64,000 nucleotides of DNA from Candidatus Eiseniibacteriota bacterium (GCA_963823555.1 CAWGMA010000004.1:64001-128000), one strand, 5' to 3'; counted from the first letter of the stretch, positions 30,124-43,716 are shown. Notes: generated from the sequence alone by a model not told the origin. Translations and numbers: made by a program.

Positions 30124-31142
30124 CACGATGCTCCGCCGGCGGGATCCTTCCCACCCTCGTTCGCCACCAGCACCGCCGCCCCGCGCACCCGCCCTGCCCT
30201 GAGCGCCGCCAGCGCCTCGTTGGCCGCACCGAGCGGATAGGGTTCGATCGCGGTCCGCACCGGCACCATGGGTGCGAGCTCGAGGAACTCCTCGCCGTCG
30301 CGACGCGTGAGGTTCGCGACCGAGCGCACGACCCGCTCGCCCCACAGGAGCTCGTACGGGAAGGAGGGGATGTCGCTCATGTAGATGCCCGCGCAGACGA
30401 CCGTGCCGCCGCGCGCCACCGCCTCGAGCGCGCGCGGCACGAGGGCGCCCACCGGCGCGAAGATGATGGCGGCATCGAGCAACTCGGGTGGGCTCTCCTC
30501 CGACGAGCCCGCCCACTCGCATCCGACCTCGCGCGCGAAGATCTGTCCTGCTGCATCTCCCGGCCGTGTGAAGGCGAAGAGCCTGCGCCCCTGGTAGCGT
30601 GCGACCTGGGCCACGATGTGCGCCGCGGCCCCGAAGCCGTAGAGCCCGAGCCGGCGTGCATTGCCGGCGGCGACGAGGGAGCGGTAGCCGATCAACCCCG
30701 CGCAGATGAGCGGCGCCGCCTCGAGCGCGGAGTAGCTCGCGGGGAGGGCGAAGCAGAAGCGCCCGTCGGCCACCGTGTACTCGGCGAAGCCGCCGTCCCG
30801 GTCGTAGCCGGTGAAGCGCGCCTCGGCGCACAGGTTCTCGCGCCCGCTCCGGCAGGCGGCGCACTGCCCGCAGCTCCCGCCGAGCCAGGGGATGCCGACC
30901 CGATCGCCGCGCTGCCAGCGGGTCACGCCATCCCCGACCGCTGCGATCTCGCCCACGATCTCGTGCCCGGGCACGAGTGGGAGCTTGGGATGCGTGAGCT
31001 CGCCGTCGACGATATGGAGATCGGTGCGGCAGACCGCGCAGGCGGCGACACGCACCAGCACCTCTCCCGGCCCGGGCTCGGGTCTTGGTATCTCCGCGGC
31101 GCGGAGCGCACGGTGCGGCGCGTCGAGGACCATGGCGCGCAT
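30123..31142 (-). CDS. Zinc-dependent alcohol dehydrogenase family protein
   Basis: VCRTDLH, PGHEIVG, CGQCAAC...NLC, GLYGFG. Confidence 0.9.
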   Translation of the reverse strand: MRAMVLDAPHRALRAAEIPRPEPGPGEVLVRVAACAVCRTDLHIVDGELTHPKLPLVPGHEIVGEIAAVGDGVTRWQRGDRVGIPWLGGSCGQCAACRSGRENLCAEARFTGYDRDGGFAEYTVADGRFCFALPASYSALEAAPLICAGLIGYRSLVAAGNARRLGLYGFGAAAHIVAQVARYQGRRLFAFTRPGDAAGQIFAREVGCEWAGSSEESPPELLDAAIIFAPVGALVPRALEAVARGGTVVCAGIYMSDIPSFPYELLWGERVVRSVANLTRRDGEEFLELAPMVPVRTAIEPYPLGAANEALAALRAGRVRGAAVLVANEGGKDPAGGAS

Positions 31143-31469
31143 CACATCCCACCTCCGCCGCGGCCCCCGCGCCGGACCGCGAACCCCGAGATCACCGTGA
31201 AGACGGCGACCGCCCCGAGGATGAGCGCGAGCCGCTCCCACGGCTCTCCGACCGCCTGACGCCGGCCGACTTGCACGACCAGGGTGCGGATCCACTCGAG
31301 CGCCCCGGCGAAGAGCACGATCGAGAGCGCGCGCCGCGCCAGGCGCCGCCGTGTGGCAAGGACCAGCGGCGACAGGGCAAACGCCGCCGCCAGCGCCCAG
31401 CTGCCGCCGCGAAAATAGTGAGCGCCCAGGAGGAGGGCGCTCACGACGGCCAGGACGATGCTCAGGATG
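31142..31469 (-). CDS. Small membrane protein (start uncertain)
   Basis: LLLGAHYFR...ALEW...PWERLALILG hydrophobic ORF; GAGGAGG upstream without a clean ATG. Confidence 0.6.
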
Positions 31470-31496
31470 GCCGACCTCCTCTGCCGGCGATCGTTG

Positions 31497-33158
<1,662 letters not shown>

Positions 33159-33162
<4 letters not shown>

Positions 33163-34377
33163 AGCCAATCCCTCATCAGCTTGCGGTCGCCCATGAAGAG
33201 CTCGTTGGGCGCATTGGGGTCGAGAGCCCACTTGATGCGCTCGATGCCCTCGGTGATCTCCTTGATCGTCCCGCAGTAGGAGAGGCGGAGGTGCCCCTCC
33301 ATCCCGAACTCCTTGCCGGGCACCATCACCACCCGCACCTTCTCCAGCAGGAACTCGGCGAGCTTGGTCGAGTCCTTGTTGTAGGCGCTGAAATCGGGGA
33401 AGCAGTAGAAGGTGCCGTCGGGCTTGGTCACCTTGATGCCATCGAAGGCCCGCAGGCGGTCGATCATCACATTGCGGTTGTTCTCGAGGGTGAGCCGCAG
33501 GTTGCCGATCGAGGTCTGCACCCCGTTCAGGGCGCCGACCGCCGCCCACTGTGACACCGTGACCGGCCCCGAGGTCTGGTGCGACTGGATGTTGGTCATC
33601 GCCCGCGCCAGCTCCTTGTTGACGATCGCCCAGCCGATGCGGAAGCCGGTCATGGCGTACATCTTGGACACGCCCTGGACGACGATGAGCCTGGAGCTCT
33701 CGCTCTGATCGCCGGCGAACTCGTAGGCATTGGCTGCGGTCTTGCCGTCGAAGACGAGCCGGTTGTAGAGGTCGTCCATGATCAGGTAGAGGTTCTTGCG
33801 CTCGCAGAGCGCGACGACATCGGCAATGAAGTCGCGCGAGTACATGATGCCCGATGGGTTGTTCGGGCTGTTGAGGATGATGGCCTTGGTGTAGGACCCG
33901 ACCGAGCGCGCGATCTCCTCGATGCGCGGATGGAAGGTGCCGTCTTCCGGCGTGATGGCCACCGGAACGCCGCCCGGCGAGCTTCACCATCTCGGGATAG
34001 CTCACCCAGTAGGGTGTCGGGAAGATGACCTCGTCCTTGGGTTCGAGGATGCAGTAGAGCGCGTTCATGATGGCCTGCTTGGCACCGCTCGAAACGATGA
34101 CGTTCTCCGGGGCGACGATCTTGTGATAGTGCTCTTCGGTGTAGCGAATGATCGCCTTCTTGAGCGCGGGCAGGCCGTCCGCCGGGGCGTAGCGGACATC
34201 CCCCGTGTTGAGCTGGGTCGCGGCATTGACCACGGCGTCGATGGGCGATTTGCTCTTCGGCTCACCACCCCCCAGGTGGATGACCGGCTCGCCCTTTTCG
34301 CGGAGCCAGGCCGCCGTTTCGTTGAGCTTGAGCGTGGGGGATTCGCGGATGGACCGAGCCAGCTGACTGATGCTCAT
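33159..34377 (-). CDS. aspC: Class I/II PLP aminotransferase (aspartate aminotransferase-like); frameshift near 33974
   Basis: GAKQAI, PYWVSYPEM, NSPNNPSG, DDLY, SKMYAMTGFRIG, LRLSY. Confidence 0.88.
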
Positions 34378-34718
34378 GACCTCCACCTTCCTGTGACACC
34401 GACCCGCTTGCGGGGTCGCCATGCAAGTGAGGGCTGTGTGTGTGCCATGCAGGCTTCTAAAAGGTAGCACTGGAGGCGTGGCCGGAGCTTGGAGGAGGGA
34501 TGGGATCCCGCGCTTCGTCGCCTCTTGGCCGGGCGCCAATGCCGGCCACCGGATGCCGGGAATCGTAGTGCTTCGGCCATGGACTTGCAAGGGGTGTGGC
34601 CGCGCCGGGCAGCGGTCAGCCCGGACGAGGGAGCCGGACACGCCACGAGACGAGACGCCGGCCGCTCGGCGGCGACCGGCGTCCTCCTGGCGGGTCGGAG
34701 GTCACGTCGAGCAACTGC

Positions 34719-37580
34719 TCATCGTCCGCCCGCGGGGACGCGCCGCGTCGCCTCCACCTGGCGGATCTTGATCCGCAGCAGGACCAGGAGCACGGCGACG
34801 AGGACCAGCGAGACCAGGAGCCCCGTGCGCCGCGTCTTGATCTCGGCCAGCGCCTGCTTCCCGGCCGCCAGGGCTGCGCTCGCGATCTCCATGCCCTCGT
34901 CCGTGCGCGCGATCAGTCGATCCGGATCGAAGCTGTGGATCAAGGCGCGCGATTCGACCGTCGCCGTCTTGCCCTTGCTCGTGAGCTCGAACCTCGGTTC
35001 GCTCACTTCCATGCCGGCGACCTCCGCCCGGTGCAGGAGCTCGCCCGCGGTGCGAAGCTCGCGATCGAGGCTCGACAGGGCTCCATACATGCGCACCGTG
35101 GCCTGGTCGCAGGGATCCCCGGGGGCATGGCAAGTCAGGCATGCCGAGCCGGCGAGGGGATCGACGGCGTCCCCGGGGCGATCATGGATCGAGACCGCCG
35201 CGAGAGCGGCTGTGGATTCAACGGCGAGTCTGATCTTCATGGCGTCGCCGCCGACTACCGGGGTTCCGGACAATGGCTCGATCTCGACCGTCGCTGTGAG
35301 CGGGCCGGCCGTTGCCTGGCGCACCAGCGATCCCGGCGGCTGCACTCCCGGGCGCACCGTGGCGTCCACGACCAGCGGAGACTCGAGCCCCTCGGCGCTG
35401 ATCTCGATCGAGTGCCCAAGGCGCTTGTCATCGGCCTCGACATGCGGTCGCAGCACCGTGCGCCACACGGCCTCCGCCTTGCCTCCGGCCTCGAGCGCGC
35501 CGAGCTCGGCCGCGAACGGCATCTTCTCCGTGATCTCGCCCTGTGACACCACCGGCGCCGCCTCGCTGTTGAACAGCTCGGGCGTGGGGTGGAGAACCAT
35601 GTGGTGCTCGTGGCATACCGAGCACTGGCTCACGCCCATCTCCTGGAAGAGATCCGCCTTGAAGGACTCCGTGAACAGGTTCTGCTCGCGGCCATGGCAC
35701 TGGCCGCAGACGTTGGCCACCGAGCCCACTCCCGGCGGGGCGGCCCCGTGGTTGCCGTGGCAGTCGTTGCAGGCCGGGGCGGCCACGTCGCCGGCGTCGA
35801 AGAGGGCGGCGGCGTGGGCGCTACGCCGGTAGTGCTCGTACTGATTGGTGGGAATGCCATAGCTCGACATCACGTTCGCGTCGGAATGGCAGCGCGCGCA
35901 CATCTCGGGCACGTTGGTGGCATAGACCGGCGAGTTGGGGGAGGTGACCGGGAGCACGCCGTGGGCACCGTGGCAGTCGGTGCAGGTGGCGGGGACGGGG
36001 TCGCCCTTGGCGTTGAGCTGCCCGTGCACGCTCGTCCGGTACTCGGTGAGCTGATCGACGCGGGCCTGTGGGTTGTACTTCTTCATGAAGACGGCGTCGG
36101 AGTGGCAGCGGGCGCAGAAGTCGGCGATCTGGAGTCGCGTCGGAGCGGGCCGGAACCCCTTTGCCGGCGACATCGAGACCTCGGGATCCTCGGAGGTGGG
36201 ATCGCCCCCATGACAGGCGACACAGCTGAACCCGGCGGCGGCGTGCACGTCCTTTTCCCAGTGCTGGGTCGGCTCGAGCAGATTGCCGTCGAGCTCTTGA
36301 TGACAGGTGAGACAGGTCGAGCCGGAGTGGGCTGGCGGAGCGCTCTTGCTTGGGTCCTCCGCCCGGGCGGCCGGGGCGCTCAGGACGAGGGCCGCCGCCG
36401 AGGCCACGAACAGGATCGCAAGCGTATCGGTCCGGCCGCCGGCCGCGAGCCGCCCCGCGAGCCATGGGATCACGCCGAGCGCGATCGCCGCTGCAGCCGG
36501 CCACCAGGCGTGGTACCCGACACAGGTGAGGATGACGATGAAGAGGAGCGCGATCACGCCCGCGATGGTGAAGAGCGGGCTCTTGCCGTCGCGCATGACG
36601 CGCTTGTCGAGGAAAGGCGTCAGGAACGCGAGCAAGCCCATGAGACCGAAGCCCATGATCGCGATCGCCTCGTTCTCCACGATGCCGAGGATCTCGCCTC
36701 CCGGCACGTACTTGAGGACCTGGAACATGAACATGAAGTACCACTCGGGCTTGATATTGGCGAAGGCGGGAGCGAAGGGGTCCGCCTTCTCGCCGAGCTC
36801 CCAGGGGAAGAGCGCCGCCAGCGCGGCCAGGACGGCCAGGGCCAGCGTCCAGCCGAAGAGATCGCGCAGGAGGAAGTCGGGCACGAAGGGCATCGGCCGG
36901 TTCTGGCGTTCGCTGCGCTCGATGGAGGGCGGGACGCTCATGCCGTGCTTCTGGACGAGGATCAGGTGCAGGGCGAGGAGCGCCGTCGTCACCGCTGGCA
37001 GGATGGCCACGTGCACACCGTAGAAACGGGACAGGGTGCCGCCCGTGACATGGTCGCCGCCGCGGAGGAAGCGCAGGATGAACCCGCCGACGATCGGGAC
37101 CGAACCGGCGATGTCGGTGCCGACCTTGGTCGCGAAGAAGGCGAGCTTGTTCCAGGGGAGGAGGTAGCCCGAGAAGCCGAAGGCCATGGCGAGGACGAGG
37201 AGCACGAACCCACTCAACCACGTCAGCTCGCGCGGCGCCCGGTAGGCCTTGAGGAAGAACACCGAGAAGAGATGCACGAAAGCGGCCAGCACCATCAGGT
37301 TGGCGGACCAGGAGTGGATCGAGCGGATGAGCCAGCCAAACGGTACCTGCGTCATGAGGAACTGCACCGACTCGTAGGCTCCCTCCGCCGAGGGCCGGTA
37401 GTAGAGCATGAGCAGGATGCCGGTCGCGACCTGCACGATGAAGAAGAAGAGCGTCATCCCGCCGAAGTAGTACCAGGGGGTGTGACGGTTGACCGGCACC
37501 GTCTTCTTCTCCGCTACATGGCGCAGGGCTTCGAAGCCGATCCGGTCGTCGAGCCAGCGGACGACAGTGTCCAGAGACAT
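34719..37580 (-). CDS. Cytochrome b (b6 + subunit IV parts) fused to a 9-heme cytochrome c
   Basis: [26 protein letters not shown]; then 9 CxxCH motifs and a C-terminal TM helix. Confidence 0.88.
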   Translation of the reverse strand: MSLDTVVRWLDDRIGFEALRHVAEKKTVPVNRHTPWYYFGGMTLFFFIVQVATGILLMLYYRPSAEGAYESVQFLMTQVPFGWLIRSIHSWSANLMVLAAFVHLFSVFFLKAYRAPRELTWLSGFVLLVLAMAFGFSGYLLPWNKLAFFATKVGTDIAGSVPIVGGFILRFLRGGDHVTGGTLSRFYGVHVAILPAVTTALLALHLILVQKHGMSVPPSIERSERQNRPMPFVPDFLLRDLFGWTLALAVLAALAALFPWELGEKADPFAPAFANIKPEWYFMFMFQVLKYVPGGEILGIVENEAIAIMGFGLMGLLAFLTPFLDKRVMRDGKSPLFTIAGVIALLFIVILTCVGYHAWWPAAAAIALGVIPWLAGRLAAGGRTDTLAILFVASAAALVLSAPAARAEDPSKSAPPAHSGSTCLTCHQELDGNLLEPTQHWEKDVHAAAGFSCVACHGGDPTSEDPEVSMSPAKGFRPAPTRLQIADFCARCHSDAVFMKKYNPQARVDQLTEYRTSVHGQLNAKGDPVPATCTDCHGAHGVLPVTSPNSPVYATNVPEMCARCHSDANVMSSYGIPTNQYEHYRRSAHAAALFDAGDVAAPACNDCHGNHGAAPPGVGSVANVCGQCHGREQNLFTESFKADLFQEMGVSQCSVCHEHHMVLHPTPELFNSEAAPVVSQGEITEKMPFAAELGALEAGGKAEAVWRTVLRPHVEADDKRLGHSIEISAEGLESPLVVDATVRPGVQPPGSLVRQATAGPLTATVEIEPLSGTPVVGGDAMKIRLAVESTAALAAVSIHDRPGDAVDPLAGSACLTCHAPGDPCDQATVRMYGALSSLDRELRTAGELLHRAEVAGMEVSEPRFELTSKGKTATVESRALIHSFDPDRLIARTDEGMEIASAALAAGKQALAEIKTRRTGLLVSLVLVAVLLVLLRIKIRQVEATRRVPAGGR

Positions 37581-37615
37581 GGATATTCCTCCAGCTTCCC
37601 TTCGAGCCATGCGCA

Positions 37616-38125
37616 TCAGGAGCGGGTGACGAAGATGTCGTCGCCCTCGACCTGCACCTCGTATGCCGTGAGCGGGTGCGGCGGCGGTCCGGCGACGTTG
37701 GTTCCGTTCAGGTCGTACCACCCGTTATGGCAAGCACACCAGATGCGACGCGAACCCTTGTCGAACTGCACCGTGCAATCGAGGTGGGTGCACGTTGCCG
37801 AGAAGGCGCGGTACTCGCCGGGCTCCACTTCGATCAGGATTCCGGGCTGGGAGCCGAAGGGGAAGATCTTCCAGTTCTCCCCGGCCAGCTCGGGCTTCTT
37901 GGCGGCGAGGACGCGGTTGGTCGCCGCTTCGGGGACGCGAGGGGGGCTCAGGTAGCGCAGGATCGGGTAGATGACAGCCGCAGCCAGCGCCACCACCGAG
38001 AGACCGAGGACGCCGTCCAGGAACCCGCGGCGAGTCACCGGTCCCCCGCCGGGATGGGAGCGCGACGGATCGTGGGGCATGCCGGCCGCCCCACCCGGGC
38101 CTGTCGTCGATCGCGAATCCTTCAT
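37616..38125 (-). CDS. Rieske [2Fe-2S] protein with Tat signal (start uncertain)
   Basis: [28 protein letters not shown]. Confidence 0.9.
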   Translation of the reverse strand: MKDSRSTTGPGGAAGMPHDPSRSHPGGGPVTRRGFLDGVLGLSVVALAAAVIYPILRYLSPPRVPEAATNRVLAAKKPELAGENWKIFPFGSQPGILIEVEPGEYRAFSATCTHLDCTVQFDKGSRRIWCACHNGWYDLNGTNVAGPPPHPLTAYEVQVEGDDIFVTRS

Positions 38126-38205
38126 TCCGCAAAGCCTCCCTGCTGATACCTGAGTCACACCGATTGCGCCCGCGCTCAGCGCGACGGGCAGTGAACAAAC
38201 GAATG

Positions 38206-39336
38206 CTAGCGTGTGGCTGGCGGCAGAGTCCGGTTCTCGGTGTAGAATGTCAGCCAGGTCCGATTCTCCGGACCTCCGGTCGGCGCATGCTCGTAGTGGA
38301 GCTTGAGGGTGATATAGGCCGTGGCCGAGGCCGGAACCGGGAACGCAAAGCGCTCGTTGCGCCGCTCATCCGCCTGGATGCGGGTGTCCGACTGGAACTC
38401 CACCCCCTTGGTGAAGTACTTGCTGTCCCGCGTGATGGTCTCGCCGGACGCATCCGTGAAGGTCTTGGAGTAGCTCCTCTGTTCCTCGAACGACTGCCCG
38501 GTACCCTCCCGCACGCCCAGGGCGAGGATCACCCGGCGGCCCGGCATGCCGGTCGGCACGGCGTGTCCGGCGCCCTTGTTGGCGAGCCGCACGTTGACGA
38601 TGAGCGAGTCTCCCTGACGCTCCGGCTCGAGCCAGACCGAGAGCGCCTTGTGCAGCTGATCCAGCGAATGGCCGCCAGGGACCTCATGCAGGTTGACTTC
38701 CGAGTCGGCGACGCGGGCGATCTTGGGGTCGACGACATTCGCCTTGGTCTTCGCCATGTGGCAGTCCTGGCAGTTCTTGCCTTCCCTGGCGGCGCTGCTC
38801 TCCTTCCACTCCGAGTACGTGGTCATGAGCTGGACGCCGTCCGGGGTCGTGCCCTCATGACAGGGCGCGCAGGCCAGCGCGGAGGTGTGGAGCTCGGAGA
38901 ACTCCACCTCATGCGCCGAGGACACGGCACCCTTGATCGGCCCGCGCTTGACATTGCCGATGTCGAGAACGGGCCTGGGAGTCGCGCTGCTCATGTCCAC
39001 CGAGACCATGCCATGGCACACATCGCAGTTGACGCCTTCCCAGGTGACCTTCTGGGCGAGATTCCAGTCCGAGTTGACCGCGGTGAGGGGGGCATGGCAG
39101 GCCAGACAGCGCCGGGCCACGTCATCGCCCTCGCTGGCCTTCGTTTCGCGGAATGCATCGAGGAAGATCTCGTCCTCCATGGCCCGGGCATGGGCCGAGG
39201 CGGACCACATGCGGTAGATGTCCTTGTGGCATTCGCCGCAGGTCTCGCTCGACGCGATGGTTCCGGCGATGAGCTCCGGCGACTCGAGACCAAGCGTGAT
39301 CGAGGCGACAGCGAGAAGGATCATCTTGCGGGTCAT
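38206..39336 (-). CDS. Secreted pentaheme cytochrome c (c554-like N-terminus)
   Basis: Signal peptide; CGECH, CLACH, CDVCH, CAPCH, CQDCH; AGHAVPTG. Confidence 0.85.
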   Translation of the reverse strand: MTRKMILLAVASITLGLESPELIAGTIASSETCGECHKDIYRMWSASAHARAMEDEIFLDAFRETKASEGDDVARRCLACHAPLTAVNSDWNLAQKVTWEGVNCDVCHGMVSVDMSSATPRPVLDIGNVKRGPIKGAVSSAHEVEFSELHTSALACAPCHEGTTPDGVQLMTTYSEWKESSAAREGKNCQDCHMAKTKANVVDPKIARVADSEVNLHEVPGGHSLDQLHKALSVWLEPERQGDSLIVNVRLANKGAGHAVPTGMPGRRVILALGVREGTGQSFEEQRSYSKTFTDASGETITRDSKYFTKGVEFQSDTRIQADERRNERFAFPVPASATAYITLKLHYEHAPTGGPENRTWLTFYTENRTLPPATR

Positions 39337-39619
39337 TGGGATCTCCTTGGTCGGGTGTCACCCAGAGAACCCGAGGTCATGCTCGACGGCATGCCTCCCG
39401 GGAAGTCACAGCGGGCCCGGCATTTTGCCCGACCTGGGCGTCCGATCGGTCCTGAGCGTCCGGACACCCGGCTGCGGACTGACTTCGAGTCCTGGCCGCC
39501 GGGATGTTGGAGACATACGATAAATGATATTGGGAGTGGTAGGTCCGATTTCCTGCTGGCGAGGCGTCGAACGGCGAGGGGACGGTGGCCCGGGACGGTG
39601 CCAGGCGGATGTCCAATTC

Positions 39620-39633
39620 ATTGTCCCGACAAT
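39620..39633. promoter_or_regulatory. Palindromic putative operator
   Basis: ATTGTC-CC-GACAAT perfect inverted repeat in a divergent intergenic region. Confidence 0.45.
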
Positions 39634-39774
39634 AGATGTGCCATCAGGCACGGTCCACGAGCGGGCTCCCCAGCCTCCGGTGATAGTCTCTTGGCCGTCT
39701 TCTCGCCGTCTCCCCGATTCGAGGCCTTGCTTCTGTGCTTCGGGGAGACCGGGTCGAAGGAAGGAGTGTTCCCG

Positions 39775-40695
39775 ATGCGGGTGGTATCGCTCTCCGGGGT
39801 CTTCGCGGCTGCGGTGACGCCGCTCAACCCGGATGGCTCTCCCGACGATGCGGCCATCCCCGACCTTCTGGCCTTCCTGGCCCGGCGCGGTTGCCATGGC
39901 GCGCTCATTCTTGGCACGACCGGCGAGGGACCGTCCTTCGCCCCGCGCGAGCGTCTCGAGATCCTCCGTGCCGCCGTGCGTGTGCGGGAGGTCCATCCCG
40001 GGTTCGGGCTCCTGGCCGGGACCGGGACCCCGAGCTTGACTGAGACCGTGGACCTGAACCGCGCGGCGTTCGATCTTGGTTTCGACGGAGTCGTGGTGCT
40101 CCCTCCGTACTACTTCCGCCGGGTCGGGGATGAGGGGCTCTTCGCCTGGTTCGCCCAGGTCATCGAGCGATCCGTCCCGGAGGATGGCCTCCTCCTCGGC
40201 TACCACATCCCGGCCGTCTCCGGCGTGCCCCTCTCGCTCGAGCTCCTGGTCCGGTTGCGCGACGCCTTTCCCGGCCGCTTCGCCGGGCTCAAGGACTCCT
40301 CGGCGGATCGCGAGCAGGCTCGGATTCTCGGTCAGCGCTTCGGCGCCGATCTCGTCATTTTCAACGGTACAGACTCGTTATTTGCGCCAGCCCTCGCAGC
40401 CGGCGCGCGGGGCTGCATCACCGCCCCGGCCAATCTCTATTCGCCGGAGCTGCGGCGGATCTGGGACGCGGCCGTCCAGGGCAACGAGGCTCCCGAGGCC
40501 CGGGCCCGCCTCGATCAAGCCCGGGCGATCCTCGATCGTTTCCCGCCCTTGCCCGCGATCATGAAGGCGCTGCTCGCGCGCTGCTGCGGCTTCCCCCGCT
40601 GGCCGGTGCGCCCGCCGCTCGTCCCGGCACCGGAGGCGACGGTGGCGCAGGCCGCAGCGGAGCTCGCGGCCGCGGGCGTGCTCCCGGCGGCATGA
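39775..40695 (+). CDS. Dihydrodipicolinate synthase family aldolase/lyase
   Basis: GTTGEG, LPPYY, YHIP, GLKDSS. Confidence 0.88.
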   Translation: MRVVSLSGVFAAAVTPLNPDGSPDDAAIPDLLAFLARRGCHGALILGTTGEGPSFAPRERLEILRAAVRVREVHPGFGLLAGTGTPSLTETVDLNRAAFDLGFDGVVVLPPYYFRRVGDEGLFAWFAQVIERSVPEDGLLLGYHIPAVSGVPLSLELLVRLRDAFPGRFAGLKDSSADREQARILGQRFGADLVIFNGTDSLFAPALAAGARGCITAPANLYSPELRRIWDAAVQGNEAPEARARLDQARAILDRFPPLPAIMKALLARCCGFPRWPVRPPLVPAPEATVAQAAAELAAAGVLPAA

Positions 40696-40703
40696 GGGGA
40701 GAC

Positions 40704-42060
40704 ATGGTCCGCCGCGCCGACATCGTGATCTGCGGAGCCGGGATTGCCGGGATCGCTGCGGCCTATCACCTCGCGCTTGCGCCCGGCCGGCGGCGCATCC
40801 TCCTCGTCGACGAGCGGGCGCCCCTCAGTCTCACCAGCGACAAATCCACCGAGTGCTACCGGAGCTTCTGGCCCGGACCGGATGACGCCATGGTGCGACT
40901 CATGAGTCGCAGCATCGATCTCCTCGAGGAGCTGGCGCGAAGCACGGGCAACGCGTTCCGCATGAACCGCCGTGGCTATGCGTATGCGACCGCCGATCCC
41001 GAGCGTGTTGCGCGCTTCGTGGAGGCGGCACGGCGAGCGGCGGAGCAAGGCGCCGGACCACTGCGCTGTGATGACTACGCGCCGGTGAGAGCCGGGCGTC
41101 GAGGACTTCTCCGGGGAGCCGGACGGCGCCGACGTGATCCAGGACAGGCGGACGATCCGGGCTCACTTCCCCTATCTGAGCGAGCGTACGGTGGGCGTGA
41201 TGCATCTGCGCCGATGTGGCTGGTTCAGTGGCTACGAGCTGGGGATGTGCCTGCTGGAAGCGGCGCGGGCGCGGGGCGTCGAGCTCCTGTCGGACCGCAT
41301 CGAGGGCGTGGACACGAGCGGGGGGCGCGTCCGCGAAGTCCATCTGGCGGCCGGCGGTCGGATCGCGACCGAGATCTTCATCAATGCCGCCGGTCCGTTC
41401 GTGGCGCCTGTGAGCCGGATGCTGGGGGTCGACCTCCCGGTCTTCTCCGAGCGCCATCTGAAGGTCGCCTTCACTGACCATCGCGGCGTCGTGCCTCGCG
41501 ACGCCCCGCTTCTCATCTGGACCGATCCGCAGATCCTGCCCTGGTCACCGGAGGAGCGGTCCGCACTCGAGGAATCCGCGGACACGCGGTCTCTTCTCGC
41601 TCCGTTTCCTCCCGGCGTGCACACGAGGCCGGAGGGAACGGGGGGAAGCCCGATCCTCCTCATGCTCTGGGCCTACGACGCCAGGCCGGTGGCTGAGACC
41701 TGGCCCTTGCCCGTCGATCCCACCTTCCCCGATGTCGTGCTCCGCGGTCTGGCGGCGATGGTGCCCGGATTCGAGGCCTACATCGGCCGTGCTCCGCGGC
41801 CGCTGATGGATGGCGGGTACTACACGAAGACCCGCGAGAACCGGCCCCTGGTGGGGCCGTTGCCGATCCCGGGCGCCTACGTGATCGGCGCGCTCTCGGG
41901 TTTCGGCTTGATGGCGGCCTCGGCGGCGGGCGAGCTCCTGGCGGCGCATGTGGTCGGATCTCCGCTCCCGTCCTACGCCCCGGCCTTCATGCTCGCGCGC
42001 TACGAAGATCCGGCCTATCAAGCGCTCCTTCGCGACTGGGGTGATACCGGCCAGCTCTAG
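40704..42060 (+). CDS. FAD-dependent oxidoreductase (DAO/sarcosine oxidase beta-like); frameshift near 41090
   Basis: ICGAGIAG, INAAGP, GGYYTKTRENRPLVG, SGFGLM. Confidence 0.82.
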
Positions 42061-42071
42061 GAGGGTCGACG

Positions 42072-43043
42072 ATGATTCCTCACGAAGAACCACCTGCTGC
42101 GCCGCGTTCCTACCGGGGCATCGCCTGGCGGGCACTCCTGTTCTGGGTGCTCACGTTCATCCTTCTCATCCTGTTCGCGATCCCGGTTCGCCTCCTGCGG
42201 CGCTTCTTGCGCCGATCGGGAGTCGAGATCGCCGGCATGAGGGATGTCTCGGCCAGCGATCCCATCCTCGTCCCGGTCGCCATCGCCGAGATCGCTGCCG
42301 TGGTGCTCGCCACTCGTTTCATGATGCGGCGCGACGGCCTCGGCTGGCGGGACATCGGGCTCGGGAGCTCGAATCGTCTCCGCGATCTCGGGCTCGGGAT
42401 CGCGATCGGGACGGCGAGCTTCTCCCTGGTGCCGCTCTTGGGGCTCATCGGGGGCTGGGTCGAACTGGCATCGGACCCCGCGCTGGCGGTGCCGGGAGCC
42501 ATCGGGGGTGTCCTCGTCTCGCTCGGGATCGTCTTCCTCGCCTTGTTGCCGGCCGCTGCGTTCGAGGAGATCGGCGATCGCGGCTATGTCTTCACGCTGC
42601 TTGCCGAGCGGAGCGCCGTGGTCGCGGTGCTGGCGACGTCGCTCCTCTTCACCCTCATGCACTCGCTCAACGATGGGTTCAATGCCATCGCCTTCTTCCA
42701 TGTCTTTCTCGCCGGCTGCTCGCTGGGAATCGCCCGGCTGCGGTCCGGAGCGCTCTGGCTCCCGATCGGGTGGCACTTTGCGTGGAACGCAGCTCAGGGC
42801 TGGATCTTCGGGTGCGCCGTGAGCGGGATGCGACCGGCGGATCCCGCACTCCTGCCGCTTCGCTTCGACGGTCCGCAGATCCTCACCGGCGGCAGCTTCG
42901 GGCCCGAGTCGGGCCTCCTCGCCTTTGCCGCCGAGGTCATGACGCTCGTCTTCTACCTGAGGTTCATCCCGGCGCGTCCGCGCCGCCCGCCTGATCAGGC
43001 GCCCGGGCCGACCGCGACCAGCGCCCCGATAGACTGCCCGTAG
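42072..43043 (+). CDS. CPBP/CAAX intramembrane metalloprotease (Abi family)
   Basis: EEIGDRGY, FTLMH, HFAWN. Confidence 0.85.
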   Translation: MIPHEEPPAAPRSYRGIAWRALLFWVLTFILLILFAIPVRLLRRFLRRSGVEIAGMRDVSASDPILVPVAIAEIAAVVLATRFMMRRDGLGWRDIGLGSSNRLRDLGLGIAIGTASFSLVPLLGLIGGWVELASDPALAVPGAIGGVLVSLGIVFLALLPAAAFEEIGDRGYVFTLLAERSAVVAVLATSLLFTLMHSLNDGFNAIAFFHVFLAGCSLGIARLRSGALWLPIGWHFAWNAAQGWIFGCAVSGMRPADPALLPLRFDGPQILTGGSFGPESGLLAFAAEVMTLVFYLRFIPARPRRPPDQAPGPTATSAPIDCP

Positions 43044-43059
43044 CTGAGTGCCTGAGATG

Positions 43060-43268
43060 CTCGCTCGCCGATTGCACGGTCCAGGGCTCTTCGCCCAAAG
43101 AAGATCATCCGGTCCCAGGTACTCCGACTTGATCGACCGCACGAAGCGCTCAGCATTGGCGTTCATGTTTGGTGCCTGGTACGCCGTCAGCAGGATCCCG
43201 ATATCGGCACCTTCCAACATGGCCTTGAAACCCTGCCCGAAAATCGAGCCCCATTCGCTTCCGGACAC
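43060..43268 (-). pseudogene. Transposase/integrase-core (rve-like) fragment
   Basis: ILLTAYQAPNMNANAERFVRSIKSEYL resembles the DDE 'E' segment; truncated and frameshifted. Confidence 0.7.
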
Positions 43269-43716
43269 GTACGCCTACGGCCTTTCTCACCACATGGGCT
43301 GTCTAGATGTCAGCTCAGCCGAGGCTTCGAGAGCCAGGATGACCAAAACCCGGCCGGCGCGGTCGGGCGGATCAAGGGAGGGGGATGAATCTCAACCTCA
43401 TACTGAACGGCATCTTGTCCTGCCAACGGCCATGCGGTCGATGATCGGTACGATGTATGCGCTGAAGATCGCCACATCCTCTGGCTCTGCGCTGGAGGAT
43501 GAAGGCTCAGACCTCACCGCCCAGCGCCCCCCGCGGGTCCCGGCGCGAGCCGCCTGACGATGAGGCCGCTGGCGGATCCTCTCCTGTATTACATGTCCCT
43601 CGATATGCGGACAACATCCCTGCGACCAGTAGCTTCTGGCAGCAACGTAAGATCGGGAGTGGAGCATGGAGCATCTCGGGACCCAAGGGCACCTTGGCCA
43701 ACGCGGAAGCTTCAGA

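Noticed and set aside
39515..39540. Fur-box-like GATAAATGATATTG
   Set aside because: Only a half-site resemblance without dyad symmetry
38164..40695. 843-aa ORF as one protein (likewise 57238-59883, 28546-31152, 31681-34641)
   Set aside because: Only a part has family motifs and its own start; the extensions overlap other real genes or arise from frameshifts
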